This document shows positions 39,889-50,330 of a stretch of DNA of 64,000 nucleotides, piece by piece. The DNA lies in the NCBI GenBank assembly GCA_964573695.1, contig CAZNKB010000001.1, positions 64,565-128,564 of the forward strand. Direction: 5' to 3'. Every line of letters starts with the position of its first letter. Position 1 is the stretch's first letter. The notes beneath the pieces are model-generated. The model was not told the origin of the DNA, did not search any database, and saw only the letters and a list, made by a program, of their open reading frames with translations. This DNA is from an uncultured Gammaproteobacteria bacterium. Its GTDB lineage: Bacteria; Patescibacteriota; Microgenomatia; UBA10105; UBA927. The translations under genes and the position numbers were made by a program.

Positions 39889-41805
39889 TTAGGTAAGCGA
39901 TGCGTAAATTCTTCGCACTCCTGCGCTACTTGCTTCCTCTTTTAGTATTGTAAAGTGACCCAACCCACCTGTAAAGCTGACGTGCGGCCCTCCGCAAAAT
40001 TCAGCGGAAAAATAATCACCTTTCCCTGCGCGTTCAGGATCAATTCCCTCAGAAAGTCCCACGAAATACACGCTGACACGATCAGGGTATTTGGCGCCGA
40101 ACTCCATTTGCGCACCGATCTTTTCCGCACTCTCCTTGGACATCTCTACCCGTGTTACCGGAAGATTCTGCTGTATTGCATGGTTTACGAGATCACTGAC
40201 TTTTTCTAATTCCTGAGAAGTAAATTTCTTTGAAAAGCTCACATCAATACGGAGACGCTCCGCTGTAATATTGCTTCCCCGCTGTTTGATCGTCGGATCG
40301 ACACATTTCTGAAGTGATGCCAAGAGCAGGTGATGCGCCGTGTGGAGGTCTGTCGTGGCTTTACTATGGTCCGCAAGACCACCCTTGAACATACCGGCAG
40401 CAGCAGTACGGGAAAGCTCCTGATGTTTACGAAATTCTCTTTGGAATTCCTCGCGATCCACCTGCTGACCTTTCTCAAGTGCCAATTCGTACGTAAGCTC
40501 CCACGGGAATCCGTAACTTTGCAGCAGATCAAATGCAACGGTACCGGTGATCGTGTCATGTTTTCCCAACTGTACCAGGCCGACTTTCAGCACTTTTTCA
40601 AAACGGGTGATCTCTTCTTTGAGAATCTGCCCCCTATCCAAAAATTCCTGGCTGTCCGGTTCAAAATACACGCCGCGATAAATCGCCCCTACCTCCTTGT
40701 AGACACTCATTCCTAACTCCGCTTTTGATCCGTTCCCCCCGAGCTGATGCATTTTTACGACCGCTCTGCGGATGAGACGGCGCAACACATATCCCTGCTG
40801 CTTATTCCCAGGAAACAATCCTTCGTTGATCATAAACACCGCGGCCTTGAGGTGATCTGCTATCACGCGCATCGCCTGGGTTTCTTTTATATCCCTGCCG
40901 TATGTAACGCCGGAAAACGTTTCGAGGTTGGTAATAATTCCTGCAAACAAATCAGTCCGGAAAACATCCGGATCATCTGCTACCGCCGCGGTCATCCGTT
41001 CCAATCCTCCGCCAAAATCCACATTTTTTTGCGACAACTCCTTTAGACTCCCGTCTTCCATTTTCTGATATTGCATAAACACCGAATTGGCGATTTCCAT
41101 AAATCTGCCGCAATCACAGTTTGGATGACACGCCTCCTGCTTGTACAAAGATTTTTCATGAAGTCCCAGTTCTTTTCCGAAATCAAAAAATACCTCACTG
41201 TCCGGCCCTCCCGGTTCTCCCGGCGGCATTTTTTCCGGCTCGCCCGACCTACTCCACCAGTTTTTACGGGCACTGTACGTAAATATGCGGGCATCCATGG
41301 GTGAGACGGATTCCCAAACCTTCGCCTCTATGCCGACTTTTTGGAATATTTGTTTCCATATTTCTATAGACTCTTCATCCTTAGGAATCCCTGAACTACC
41401 TTCTCTGGCAGAGCCAGATCCGGCTTCGCCGGAAAATACGCTTACATATAGGCGTTTGGGGTCAAGTCCCAACTCGCGAGTCAAAAAATCGAATATCCAT
41501 GGCAGCTGCTCTTTTTTGAAATAATCCCCAAGACTCCAGTTGCCAAGCATTTCAAAAAACGTGGTGTGGCGGTTGTCCCCGACCTCTTCGATATCCTGAG
41601 ACCGAAATGATTTCTGACTGTCGACAAGCCGAGTTCCCGCCGGATGCGATTGCCCCAAGAGATAAGGAACCAGAGGTTGCATACCGGAACTCGTAAATAA
41701 CGTAGTCGGGTCATTAAGCGGCACGATAGGCGCCGAGGGTATCTCTGCATGCCCCAACGCTTTGAAGTACTCTATATATTTACGCCTGACATCAGCCGAC
41801 TGCAT
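39889..41805 (-). CDS. alaS: Alanine--tRNA ligase (short form lacking the C-Ala domain)
   Basis: 638 aa with the class II catalytic core (HTTFFEMLGNWSLGDYFK) and an editing domain HxxxH...CGGPH. It ends right after the editing domain. Confidence 0.9.
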   Translation of the reverse strand: MQSADVRRKYIEYFKALGHAEIPSAPIVPLNDPTTLFTSSGMQPLVPYLLGQSHPAGTRLVDSQKSFRSQDIEEVGDNRHTTFFEMLGNWSLGDYFKKEQLPWIFDFLTRELGLDPKRLYVSVFSGEAGSGSAREGSSGIPKDEESIEIWKQIFQKVGIEAKVWESVSPMDARIFTYSARKNWWSRSGEPEKMPPGEPGGPDSEVFFDFGKELGLHEKSLYKQEACHPNCDCGRFMEIANSVFMQYQKMEDGSLKELSQKNVDFGGGLERMTAAVADDPDVFRTDLFAGIITNLETFSGVTYGRDIKETQAMRVIADHLKAAVFMINEGLFPGNKQQGYVLRRLIRRAVVKMHQLGGNGSKAELGMSVYKEVGAIYRGVYFEPDSQEFLDRGQILKEEITRFEKVLKVGLVQLGKHDTITGTVAFDLLQSYGFPWELTYELALEKGQQVDREEFQREFRKHQELSRTAAAGMFKGGLADHSKATTDLHTAHHLLLASLQKCVDPTIKQRGSNITAERLRIDVSFSKKFTSQELEKVSDLVNHAIQQNLPVTRVEMSKESAEKIGAQMEFGAKYPDRVSVYFVGLSEGIDPERAGKGDYFSAEFCGGPHVSFTGGLGHFTILKEEASSAGVRRIYASLT

Positions 41806-41887
41806 GGGTTTGATTATACCATGCGTATCACCGGGTAATACTCACCACTGCATTTCCTTATCGTAAGGGTATATACTATTTTCTGGA

Positions 41888-42697
41888 TTGATTGTTTCTA
41901 TGAAACGGCTGCCGATTCTCTATATCATCCTTATAATCTTCTTTGGTTTACCCATAATCCTCTGGGCAGTCGGCACACAGAACACGGACATCCGCAGCAG
42001 AGCAGATCTCTCCACTACTCCGACAATCACGCCTTCGGCAACTCCTCCGATCACTCCCTCCATTACCCCGACAGCAACTCTGACACCTACTCTTACGCCA
42101 ACTCCGACAAACTCGCCGCCCCGATGTAGTGGATTATCGGTAAGCCCTGGTGCGGGATCCAAACCGCTGACCGTCAACTTCAGCTGTGCGGGGTATGATG
42201 CCGACAATGACATCACGGCAGCCGAATTTGGATTTGGCGGAAGCGAAAAACGCCTGGTAGAAAAACCAGCCGGAACATTTGGATCTATCACAACGTCCTA
42301 TACCTATACACAGGCAGGAACCTATAACGTCACCTGCAGGATACGAGACAACAACCAGGTATTTTCCAATTATCCGGATTACTGCAAATATACAGTTGTC
42401 GTATCCGAAAATGTATTGACGCCGACCCCGCGAAGGACACCTATTCCAACCAAAGCGCCGACCACCACAGAGGACGATCTCATCATATTTACTGGTGCAG
42501 CCCCGACTGCGACCCCGACACTCACCATTAGTCCAGCCACAACAGCCACTCCCACGCCTACGGAAAAGGGTTGGCTTCAATTCGATCGTAGCTGGTGGTC
42601 AAACGAAAAAATCGCCCAGCTTACCATGATGGTTATCATAAGCGGACTTACCATAGTTGTCGCGCTCCTTCTCCACGGATTTTTCGACAAACGCTGA
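41888..42697 (+). CDS. PKD-domain surface protein with Pro/Thr-rich linkers and a C-terminal membrane anchor
   Basis: 269 aa with a signal/TM, (TPxxTP)n linkers, a PKD-like core (LTVNFSCAGYDADNDI...GTYNVTCRIRDNN) and a C-terminal TM. Confidence 0.55.
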   Translation: MIVSMKRLPILYIILIIFFGLPIILWAVGTQNTDIRSRADLSTTPTITPSATPPITPSITPTATLTPTLTPTPTNSPPRCSGLSVSPGAGSKPLTVNFSCAGYDADNDITAAEFGFGGSEKRLVEKPAGTFGSITTSYTYTQAGTYNVTCRIRDNNQVFSNYPDYCKYTVVVSENVLTPTPRRTPIPTKAPTTTEDDLIIFTGAAPTATPTLTISPATTATPTPTEKGWLQFDRSWWSNEKIAQLTMMVIISGLTIVVALLLHGFFDKR

Positions 42698-42722
42698 CAC
42701 GAAGAGGTACAATATCGCCTAC

Positions 42723-43067
42723 ATGCAGATTGTCAAACAAAAAAAGGCTCGAAGGGTTGATGCATCCCCCACCACGTCGGTTGAAGAGTATGTTATGTCG
42801 GAGTCCCATATCAGCGGAGCTACCGCAATCGTATATGGCAGATATCCTGAAAAAGGATTCGCCGTAAATACGGTAAGCCACGAATTAGCTCTGGTATTGA
42901 GCGGCAACGGATATGTCGGGACCAAAAGAAAAAAGACAGCCATAGAACTCGGTGATTGCATCCTGATCAAGCCAAATGAAAAATATTATTGGGACGGCCA
43001 TATGGCAATATTTATCGTGTGTACACCGACATGGAAACAAAAACAGCATATCATCGCTGACCGTTAG
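42723..43067 (+). CDS. Cupin-domain protein
   Basis: About 114 aa from the Met at 42723. The ORF track begins at 42657, overlapping the previous gene. Cupin beta-barrel motifs are weak. Confidence 0.4.
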   Translation: MQIVKQKKARRVDASPTTSVEEYVMSESHISGATAIVYGRYPEKGFAVNTVSHELALVLSGNGYVGTKRKKTAIELGDCILIKPNEKYYWDGHMAIFIVCTPTWKQKQHIIADR

Positions 43068-43076
43068 CACATCATC

Positions 43077-44045
43077 ATGGACCCAAAAACACGCATAGAT
43101 CCCCGCTTCTCACTTGAGGAGGTGGTTCGAGAATCTGCGAAGGAATTTATACTAGGATCCGTCAGTTCGTTTTCTATTATCCAAACCGGGTATCAGGAAT
43201 GCAATCTGGATGTCACCGCGACAAACGGACGCTTCGTCCTAAAAATATTTGCATCCGACAAGTCCAAATCACGTGTTCAGGACGTCGTCTGGGGATATGC
43301 CCGGTTTCAGAAACTTGGCGTTCCGCTACCCAATCTCCGTCACACTCTGACGGGTAAAGCCATAATGGAATACCACAAGGACACGCACCGCGTATTCATC
43401 GCAGCCTTCGACTATATCGCAGGCAAACCACTCACACATACATCGGCCACTGACGACGATATCGTTATACTCACCAGGGCAATGGCGGGTATTCATGCCA
43501 CTGTCAAAACGATAGATCGGTATTATGACACACTCGGAATAACCAACATAGTTACCGAGTTTGAAAAAAACCGTGATGCCCTGTTTACCGATGAATCCAC
43601 CCAACTCCTCCCTATCATCGCCAAATTCCGCAAGCTCGATCTCACGCGATTTCACCATAGCGTCATCCATGGCACCATGGAAAAAGAAAACGTATTGAAA
43701 AATACCGAAGGTAAACTCTACTTATTGGATCTAGGATGCATGGACTATAACGCCTCGATTCTCGACATAGCGACGTTTATTGCGAATTTTTCCGTCTACC
43801 TTCCTCAAGTCAAACGTAATCATCTTATCCATCTGGTGCTCACTACTTATGGAGCGTTATCACCACTTGTTCAGGAGGAAATTGCTGCACTTCCCACGTT
43901 AATCCGGGCGCAATTTGCAGCGTATATCATCGGCATGACCTACAACATGCGCAAAAACCATGACATGAGCAAACAAACCCAAGTCTGGCTCGACAGAGGG
44001 TGGGACGGACTACGGGCATATGCCGATATAAAATCGCTTATCTAA
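43077..44045 (+). CDS. Phosphotransferase-family protein (APH/choline-kinase-like kinase fold)
   Basis: 322 aa with a Brenner motif HGTMEKENVL and a DLG motif, as in aminoglycoside or homoserine kinase-like enzymes. Confidence 0.6.
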   Translation: MDPKTRIDPRFSLEEVVRESAKEFILGSVSSFSIIQTGYQECNLDVTATNGRFVLKIFASDKSKSRVQDVVWGYARFQKLGVPLPNLRHTLTGKAIMEYHKDTHRVFIAAFDYIAGKPLTHTSATDDDIVILTRAMAGIHATVKTIDRYYDTLGITNIVTEFEKNRDALFTDESTQLLPIIAKFRKLDLTRFHHSVIHGTMEKENVLKNTEGKLYLLDLGCMDYNASILDIATFIANFSVYLPQVKRNHLIHLVLTTYGALSPLVQEEIAALPTLIRAQFAAYIIGMTYNMRKNHDMSKQTQVWLDRGWDGLRAYADIKSLI

Positions 44046-44055
44046 TCTCAAGGAC

Positions 44056-44922
44056 ATGATCGCTTATCTTTTCGGACTGATCGCATATTTAGGCTGGGGA
44101 TCCGGAGACGTATTCGGAACATTTGCAACCCGCAAAGTCGGCCCGTATATCACCACCTTCTGGGCATTCGCGTTTGCGGCCATACTCGGAAGCTTCTATG
44201 TTCCGTTTGCCCTACGTGATCTTCACGCGCTAACGCCTGACCTCCTTGTTCTGAACCTGCTGCTGGGCGTCATGTATGTGGGCGGCAACCTCACGTTTAA
44301 CGAAGCGCTGCGCCTTTCCAGTGCGCCGATCGTGGGTACGATCGGAGGATCATTTGCTGCGCTTACTGTGCTGCTTTCCTATCTGTTTCTCGGAGAAACT
44401 ATTTCCGTGACACGGATAGTCCTTATCTGTATTGTTTTTTTGGGTGTATTTATAACGACCACTTCGCACAGCCAAAAAAAAGATGCCGGGTTCTCCAAAG
44501 GAATCATTCTGGCGCTTATCAGTCTTATCGTGTGGGGCATTTATTTTACGTTCAATAAAATCCTCATGAGTCGTATGGGTTGGTTCTGGCCTAATTACAT
44601 ACCGATGCTTTTGTTCCCGCTCATCGGAATCTACATGAAATGGAAACATATTGCATTTATACTCCCCAAACGTGATGTAGCGGTTCCGCTTTTTTTCAAT
44701 GCGCTAATGCTGCGGGGCGGAGATGTTGCGTTTAATGTCGGGGCGAGCATGGGACTGACCGCAACTGTGGCTCCTTTGGGGGGGGCGTATCCCACGCTGT
44801 TTGCGGTGTTATCGTATTTTGTCTTCCGGAATCCGCTCAACAAAAAACAAGTAGCAGGCATCATCATTGCATTAGGCGGGTTAGTTGCGTTAGGATTTGC
44901 AGGGAGCTCTCTCTCGTTATGA
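44056..44922 (+). CDS. EamA/DMT-family transporter (paralog 1)
   Basis: 288 aa with 10 TM helices and duplicated EamA halves. Confidence 0.7.
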   Translation: MIAYLFGLIAYLGWGSGDVFGTFATRKVGPYITTFWAFAFAAILGSFYVPFALRDLHALTPDLLVLNLLLGVMYVGGNLTFNEALRLSSAPIVGTIGGSFAALTVLLSYLFLGETISVTRIVLICIVFLGVFITTTSHSQKKDAGFSKGIILALISLIVWGIYFTFNKILMSRMGWFWPNYIPMLLFPLIGIYMKWKHIAFILPKRDVAVPLFFNALMLRGGDVAFNVGASMGLTATVAPLGGAYPTLFAVLSYFVFRNPLNKKQVAGIIIALGGLVALGFAGSSLSL

Positions 44923-45245
44923 ATAGTGCGATACTAGTAATGGTTTCCTGCGCTGACAGTGGCCAAGCCGAACGGATCGGTGAACTTCTGCTCAAAAAAA
45001 AGCTAGCCGCATGTGTTCAGGTAATACACTCAGTCGAATCCGTATTTCTTTGGCCTCCCCGGAAAAACCAACTGGATTATGCCACCGAAGCATTGCTGCT
45101 TATAAAAACCCTGGACGCCAAATGGATCTCGCTCGAAAAAACGATTATCAGCGCCCATTCGTACGAAAATCCGGAAATAATTGCCCTCCCCATATTACAC
45201 ATAACCAAAAAATACCTCGCCTGGCTCACAAGCGAACTCTCGTAA
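44919..45245 (+). CDS. cutA: Divalent-cation tolerance protein CutA
   Basis: 108 aa. Motifs KLAACVQV, LLLIKT and ENPEIIALPI match CutA1. Confidence 0.75.
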   Translation: MNSAILVMVSCADSGQAERIGELLLKKKLAACVQVIHSVESVFLWPPRKNQLDYATEALLLIKTLDAKWISLEKTIISAHSYENPEIIALPILHITKKYLAWLTSELS

Positions 45246-45278
45246 TTTACTCGCTGTAGACGTATACTGTCACTAGAT

Positions 45279-46127
45279 ATGACATGGTTTTTGCTGGCGG
45301 CCGCCAGCGCTTTTATTTTTGCCGCACTCGAGCTCCTCATGCGTGTCTTATCGGTCAAAACACATTCACCCCGAATTTTTTCACTCGTATTTAACCTTTG
45401 GGGAGCTGTGTTTGCCATTATGCTATTTATCGCCGAAGGAGGATCATTCGCTTCGCTCGCCAGCCTCACTCTCTCACAATATCTTTGGATTGTGGCCGCA
45501 ATCATTCTGTATGGGATCTACGAACGAAGCCAATTTTTCGCACGACGGGGCATGGATGCGGCGACCTTTTCAATCATAATGAAATTAAATACGGTCATTG
45601 GTTTTTTCGGAGCAATCTTGGTACTTGGAGAACCGCTGACTATCACAAAGGTTGTGGGTGTGGCGCTTATAATCGGCGCGAGTTTATCGCTTGTCTACAA
45701 AAATCCGAAATTTACCTTCAGCGAAGCGTTCATATATACGCTCGTGTGTGCCGCAACACTCGGTTCAACCGGGTTTGTAGATAAACCGGCGTCGTCACCT
45801 CTGCCGGCAACGCTTTATAGTTTTCTTGTCTGGTGCTTCCCGTTATTCATCATTGCATTTCCTCGCGTATCCAAAAAAGAATTCGTGCGAGAACTAAAAA
45901 TAGGCGGCTGGAAAGTCGCGCTTGCCGCGCTCTTAAACGTCGTCGGGTATATTATTTACATCCATGCGGTGACTCTTGCGGAAGCCTCCAGAGTAAATCC
46001 GATCGTAGCAACATATGGGATACTTACGGTCATCGGTGGTATTTTCATATTAAAAGAAAGGGATCACTTCTGGCGAAAAATAGCGGCAGGCATCGTCGCA
46101 TTTGCAGGCGTTATACTGCTTAAATGA
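45279..46127 (+). CDS. EamA/DMT-family transporter (paralog 2)
   Basis: 282 aa with 10 TM helices. Confidence 0.7.
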   Translation: MTWFLLAAASAFIFAALELLMRVLSVKTHSPRIFSLVFNLWGAVFAIMLFIAEGGSFASLASLTLSQYLWIVAAIILYGIYERSQFFARRGMDAATFSIIMKLNTVIGFFGAILVLGEPLTITKVVGVALIIGASLSLVYKNPKFTFSEAFIYTLVCAATLGSTGFVDKPASSPLPATLYSFLVWCFPLFIIAFPRVSKKEFVRELKIGGWKVALAALLNVVGYIIYIHAVTLAEASRVNPIVATYGILTVIGGIFILKERDHFWRKIAAGIVAFAGVILLK

Positions 46128-46153
46128 CACGTGACGGAACAATCCTATATAAT
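46124..46153 (+). promoter_or_regulatory. Candidate promoter for the Ldh_2 gene
   Basis: ATGACA at 46124-46129, an 18-nt spacer and TATAAT at 46148-46153. An AAGGAGG RBS sits at 46166-46172 and the ATG at 46177. Confidence 0.35.
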
Positions 46154-46176
46154 GAACCCATTCCCAAGGAGGCAAC

Positions 46177-47160
46177 ATGAACGTAAAGATTTCTGAAATA
46201 AAAATAGTAGCGCTTAAAGCACTTAAAAAATACGGATATGACAATAAACAGGCCGCAGTTATTCTCGATATTCTTTTTTATGCCCAACTCCGGGGAAATA
46301 ATCAGGGGCTGGTCAAACTCATCGGTAAGGGTATTCCTAAAAGTCCGAAAGCAGGAGCAATAACGATAGCAAGGGAAACGAAATTATCGGCCATGATAGA
46401 CGGCATGAACAATATGGGCATGATCGCAATGAAAATGGCTATGGAAATGGCTGTTTCAAAAGCAAAAGAGCACGGCTTCGGCATCGTAGGAACATACAAC
46501 ACGTATTCCTCGACAGGAGCGCTCGGGTATTATGCCGCGAATATGGCCAGGCTGGGACTTATCGGTTTTGCATTCGCCGGTTCCCCTCCGACCGTTGCCC
46601 CATACGGCTCATATGAAGCACTCTATGGGACCAATCCTTTGGCAATCGGCGTTCCCGCTGATCCTGAGCCGGTCGTACTAGACATGGCGACGGCTGCCAT
46701 GGCCTACTACGGACTCATCGAGGCAAAAACCGCGGGAAAAACAATTGCCGAAGGACTTGCGTATGACAACAAGGGCAATCCGACGACAGATCCCGCTGCC
46801 GCCATGAATGGAGCTATCAAAAGTTTCGGTGGATATAAGGGGTCGGGATTAGGATTTATGGTGACTGCGTTTACCGGACCGTTGGTCGGAGCGGCATTCG
46901 CCGGAATCGGAGAGCGCGGAGATTGGGGCAATCTCGTCATGGCAATTGATCCCGAGCTCTTAGTCGATCGCAACGAATTTAAGAAAAACGTTACGTTATT
47001 GGCCGAAAAAGTAAAAGAGACCAAGCGGCTATCTGGCGTGAAAGAAATACTGCTACCCAGCGAACGCGGCAACAAACTCACAAAACAACGCATGGAATCA
47101 GGAATGATCGACATCGAAGAAAATCTATATAATGAACTCAAAAAAGCAGCAGGGAACTAA
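46177..47160 (+). CDS. Malate/L-lactate dehydrogenase-like (Ldh_2 family) oxidoreductase
   Basis: 327 aa, collinear with Ldh_2-family proteins (AKEHGFGIVG...YYAANMARLGLIGFA...GTNPLAIGVP). Confidence 0.7.
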   Translation: MNVKISEIKIVALKALKKYGYDNKQAAVILDILFYAQLRGNNQGLVKLIGKGIPKSPKAGAITIARETKLSAMIDGMNNMGMIAMKMAMEMAVSKAKEHGFGIVGTYNTYSSTGALGYYAANMARLGLIGFAFAGSPPTVAPYGSYEALYGTNPLAIGVPADPEPVVLDMATAAMAYYGLIEAKTAGKTIAEGLAYDNKGNPTTDPAAAMNGAIKSFGGYKGSGLGFMVTAFTGPLVGAAFAGIGERGDWGNLVMAIDPELLVDRNEFKKNVTLLAEKVKETKRLSGVKEILLPSERGNKLTKQRMESGMIDIEENLYNELKKAAGN

Positions 47161-48067
47161 TATTCGGTTTTTAGGCGAAGTGAACACCCGATATCTTTCT
47201 ATCGGTTTTTTGGTTATTGTTTCCGCGGCCTACACGTTGCTTTCCATAGGATCCCGACTCCTTGCGGAGGGTTTTCAACCGATGACCCAAGTATACATGC
47301 GAATCGCGCTTGCAACTATTACCCTCATTATAGTCTTCCGCAAAAAAATACGCTGGTCTCGCATTACAAGTATCCCCTTAAGAGACGGGTGGATTCTTTT
47401 GACCATGGGCACTATCGGCTATTCAGTGGCAGTTTACTTTGTAACCCTTGGCGCCCTTAACGCTAAACTCGCCAATGTGGCCATCATTTTTGCGTCGGTC
47501 CCTTTTTTTTCTTATCTTTATGCTTTTTTCTTCCTCAAAAAATCCTTTGATGTCAAACTCACCGGGCTACTACTCATTTCGCTTATCGGCATAAGTTTCG
47601 TAGCCACGAAATCGTTTGCTCCCCGTCTTGAGACATTTGGCGCTGGAGAATGGTTTACCCTTCTTGCCACGGCTACCATGGCTTGGTTTTTCGTCGGAAG
47701 AAAAACACTGAGCAAGCACCTGAATACGGAGGAAATCACCGTCATTGTCATGGCGATAGCCGCCGTTTCTGGTTTTATCCTCGCGCTCATACGACGAGAG
47801 ACATTTTCCCTTACCGCATTTGCCAACCTTCACGTCATACTTGGCCTTGCCATAGGCGGACTCATGAACGTCATCGTTAACCCGATTGAAATATACGCAT
47901 TTGAGCATCTTGATGCCGTTTTCGGGAGTCAGATATTACTACTGGAGAACGTATTTGCACTACTTTTCGGGTATCTTCTCTATGCCGAAACTATAACGAC
48001 GCCCGAGCTAGCGGGGGGCTTTATTGTCGTAAGCAGTGTCTTTATTGCAAACAAATTACCGCAATGA
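47132..48067 (+). CDS. EamA/DMT-family transporter (paralog 3)
   Basis: 311 aa with 10 TM helices. Confidence 0.65.
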   Translation: MNSKKQQGTNIRFLGEVNTRYLSIGFLVIVSAAYTLLSIGSRLLAEGFQPMTQVYMRIALATITLIIVFRKKIRWSRITSIPLRDGWILLTMGTIGYSVAVYFVTLGALNAKLANVAIIFASVPFFSYLYAFFFLKKSFDVKLTGLLLISLIGISFVATKSFAPRLETFGAGEWFTLLATATMAWFFVGRKTLSKHLNTEEITVIVMAIAAVSGFILALIRRETFSLTAFANLHVILGLAIGGLMNVIVNPIEIYAFEHLDAVFGSQILLLENVFALLFGYLLYAETITTPELAGGFIVVSSVFIANKLPQ

Positions 48068-48921
48068 AAATTCGAACCGGGTTTGTATTTGCCATATCTG
48101 GAGCGATCGTTTGGGCCATAACGATCGTACTATACCGAGTCGTCCTCAAAGCAGGAGAAAATCCCTACAACCTCACCTTTTGGACAACGGTGCTTGCGCT
48201 CCCATATTGGCTTTTCATGATTTTCCGGGAACGGGCAAACTTCAAAAAACTGCGCCGGAACGATTACCTGCTTCTGGTTGCTATGGCATTGGTAAGCAGT
48301 GTCGGAGTGGGACTTGCGGAAGTATTTGCGCTCAGCTATAGCCCGGCAGTCAATTTTGCGTTCCTTATCCGCACCGTTACCGTATTTACCATAGGATTTG
48401 CATATCTCTTTTTGAGGGAACGCATTACAAGAGAGAAACTGCTTTTGGTTATGCTCCTTCTTATGGGATCGTTTTTTCTGACTACCGGAGGAAAAGCCTT
48501 ACATTTCACCAGGGGAGACATATTCACCATACTTGAAGCGATACTCATAGCCTTCGGGACAAACGTGCTAGGCAAACTCGCGACGAACAGAATACCCGCA
48601 AATACTGTTTCTTCGGGCCGTTTCATAATCTCTGTCGCACCTCTTGTCTTATTGGCTTTCGCTAACACTGTGATTGCGATACCGCAACATATGGGACTTG
48701 TGCTGATCATTACATTCTTAGATTTTCTATTGGCGATTCTTATTTTTCAGGGATTCAAACACTCCACCGCCACATTTATGACGATGATCATGTCGTTTAC
48801 GCCGGTTTTCGTCTCCTTTATCGCGTACCCCGTTTTAGGAGAATCCCTCACAGTGGTCCAACTTTTAGGCGGCGGACTGATCGTACTGGCAGGAATACTG
48901 GTGGAAAAATTCAGGATATAG
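48064..48921 (+). CDS. EamA/DMT-family transporter (paralog 4)
   Basis: 285 aa with 10 TM helices. A 4-nt overlap with paralog 3. Confidence 0.7.
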   Translation: MKIRTGFVFAISGAIVWAITIVLYRVVLKAGENPYNLTFWTTVLALPYWLFMIFRERANFKKLRRNDYLLLVAMALVSSVGVGLAEVFALSYSPAVNFAFLIRTVTVFTIGFAYLFLRERITREKLLLVMLLLMGSFFLTTGGKALHFTRGDIFTILEAILIAFGTNVLGKLATNRIPANTVSSGRFIISVAPLVLLAFANTVIAIPQHMGLVLIITFLDFLLAILIFQGFKHSTATFMTMIMSFTPVFVSFIAYPVLGESLTVVQLLGGGLIVLAGILVEKFRI

Positions 48922-48925
48922 ACGC

Positions 48926-50326
48926 ATGATGCTACCTCACATGAAACAACGCGCAATCGACTTATCCGCATACCTTTTTATGGCGGTCTATACGCTCGCA
49001 GCAGTATTGGTTTCGCTTCACCGATTCTGGCAATATGAAGTGTTTTATTATGACTTCGGAATCTTCGATGCTGCGATATGGAATGTCGCGCATTTGCGTC
49101 CTCCCATTGTCGACCACTTTGTCATCGGCGGCAAAGTCATATTTGCCGACCATTTCAGCCCGAGTATGTTTCTTTTGTCTCCCCTATACTGGGTAACCAG
49201 CCGTCCGGAAGCCCTACTGATTGCACAGTCGCTGGCTGTAGGCCTGAGCGCACTCGTTTTATATGCGCTCGGAAAACGTATCCTGAAAAACCCGTTTGCT
49301 CCGCTTGCCGTTACGGTTTCCTATCTATTATTTGTCGGTACGCAAAACGCCCTGATAGCCGATATCCATGAGGTGACGTTCATGATGCTTCCGTTGATGC
49401 TCGTCTTTTACGCAATAGTCGCAAACCGGAAAAAACTCTTCTGGATAAGTTTTTTCATAACTCTGGGCTTTAAGGAAAGCTCTTCGTTGCTAGGACTCGG
49501 ACTCGCCGCGTATATATATCTGTATAACCGGCGATGGGCAAAAACCGCACTCCTTGTTGCCTCGATATCCGCTCTTTGGGGATATGTCACGACACAAATT
49601 ATCATTCCGTATTTTTACGGCCAAAAATATTTTTATACGCCGTCACTTAGCTCCAATCCTCTTATAATACTCTGGTCTTTCTTTGACGACCCGGTAAAAC
49701 GAAAGACATTGCTTTTGAGTTTCGTTAGCTTCGGATTTCTTCCATTGTTGTATCCCCCTGCATGGCCACTACTCCTACAGGATATTGCAGCGCGATTCAT
49801 GCAAAAAGAATTCTCGCTTCGGTGGGGACTTGGCCTTCACTACAGCGCACAACTTGCCGTCCTTATGGCATTTAGCTCCATAATGAGCCTTAACGCGCTC
49901 TTTGCCCGTTTCCGGTCAAATATCGTATCAACGGGGGCTTGCCTCCTGCTTATTGCCCTGCCTTTGTATCTGCATCAATTCAAGCTTCATGGGCCCTTGG
50001 GACTTGCGTATAATCCCGCGTTTTATGCGCATACGAAGAATTTCCAGTTTCTGGATACGTTAATAGCCAAAGTTCCCAAAGGGGCCACCGTCATGACCCA
50101 AAACAATATCGCCCCGCACATGATACACACCCACAATGTATTGCTGCTGCGCGATTCCTACACAGACTATATGCCGGAATATTTTGTGATTGACGCACGA
50201 GACGGGCAAAACTTCAACGATTTTTTTGGCGTACGGATTGAAGTACTCAAAAGCCTGCTTGCCAAAGATTCCCGATACGAAGTGAGTTTTCGAACGGACG
50301 ATCAGATCATTTATAAGCGCAAATAG
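48926..50326 (+). CDS. DUF2079-family polytopic membrane protein
   Basis: 466 aa, multi-TM. The N-terminus HRFWQYEVFYYDFGIFDAAIWN is typical of DUF2079. Confidence 0.55.
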   Translation: MMLPHMKQRAIDLSAYLFMAVYTLAAVLVSLHRFWQYEVFYYDFGIFDAAIWNVAHLRPPIVDHFVIGGKVIFADHFSPSMFLLSPLYWVTSRPEALLIAQSLAVGLSALVLYALGKRILKNPFAPLAVTVSYLLFVGTQNALIADIHEVTFMMLPLMLVFYAIVANRKKLFWISFFITLGFKESSSLLGLGLAAYIYLYNRRWAKTALLVASISALWGYVTTQIIIPYFYGQKYFYTPSLSSNPLIILWSFFDDPVKRKTLLLSFVSFGFLPLLYPPAWPLLLQDIAARFMQKEFSLRWGLGLHYSAQLAVLMAFSSIMSLNALFARFRSNIVSTGACLLLIALPLYLHQFKLHGPLGLAYNPAFYAHTKNFQFLDTLIAKVPKGATVMTQNNIAPHMIHTHNVLLLRDSYTDYMPEYFVIDARDGQNFNDFFGVRIEVLKSLLAKDSRYEVSFRTDDQIIYKRK

Positions 50327-50330
50327 ATAA

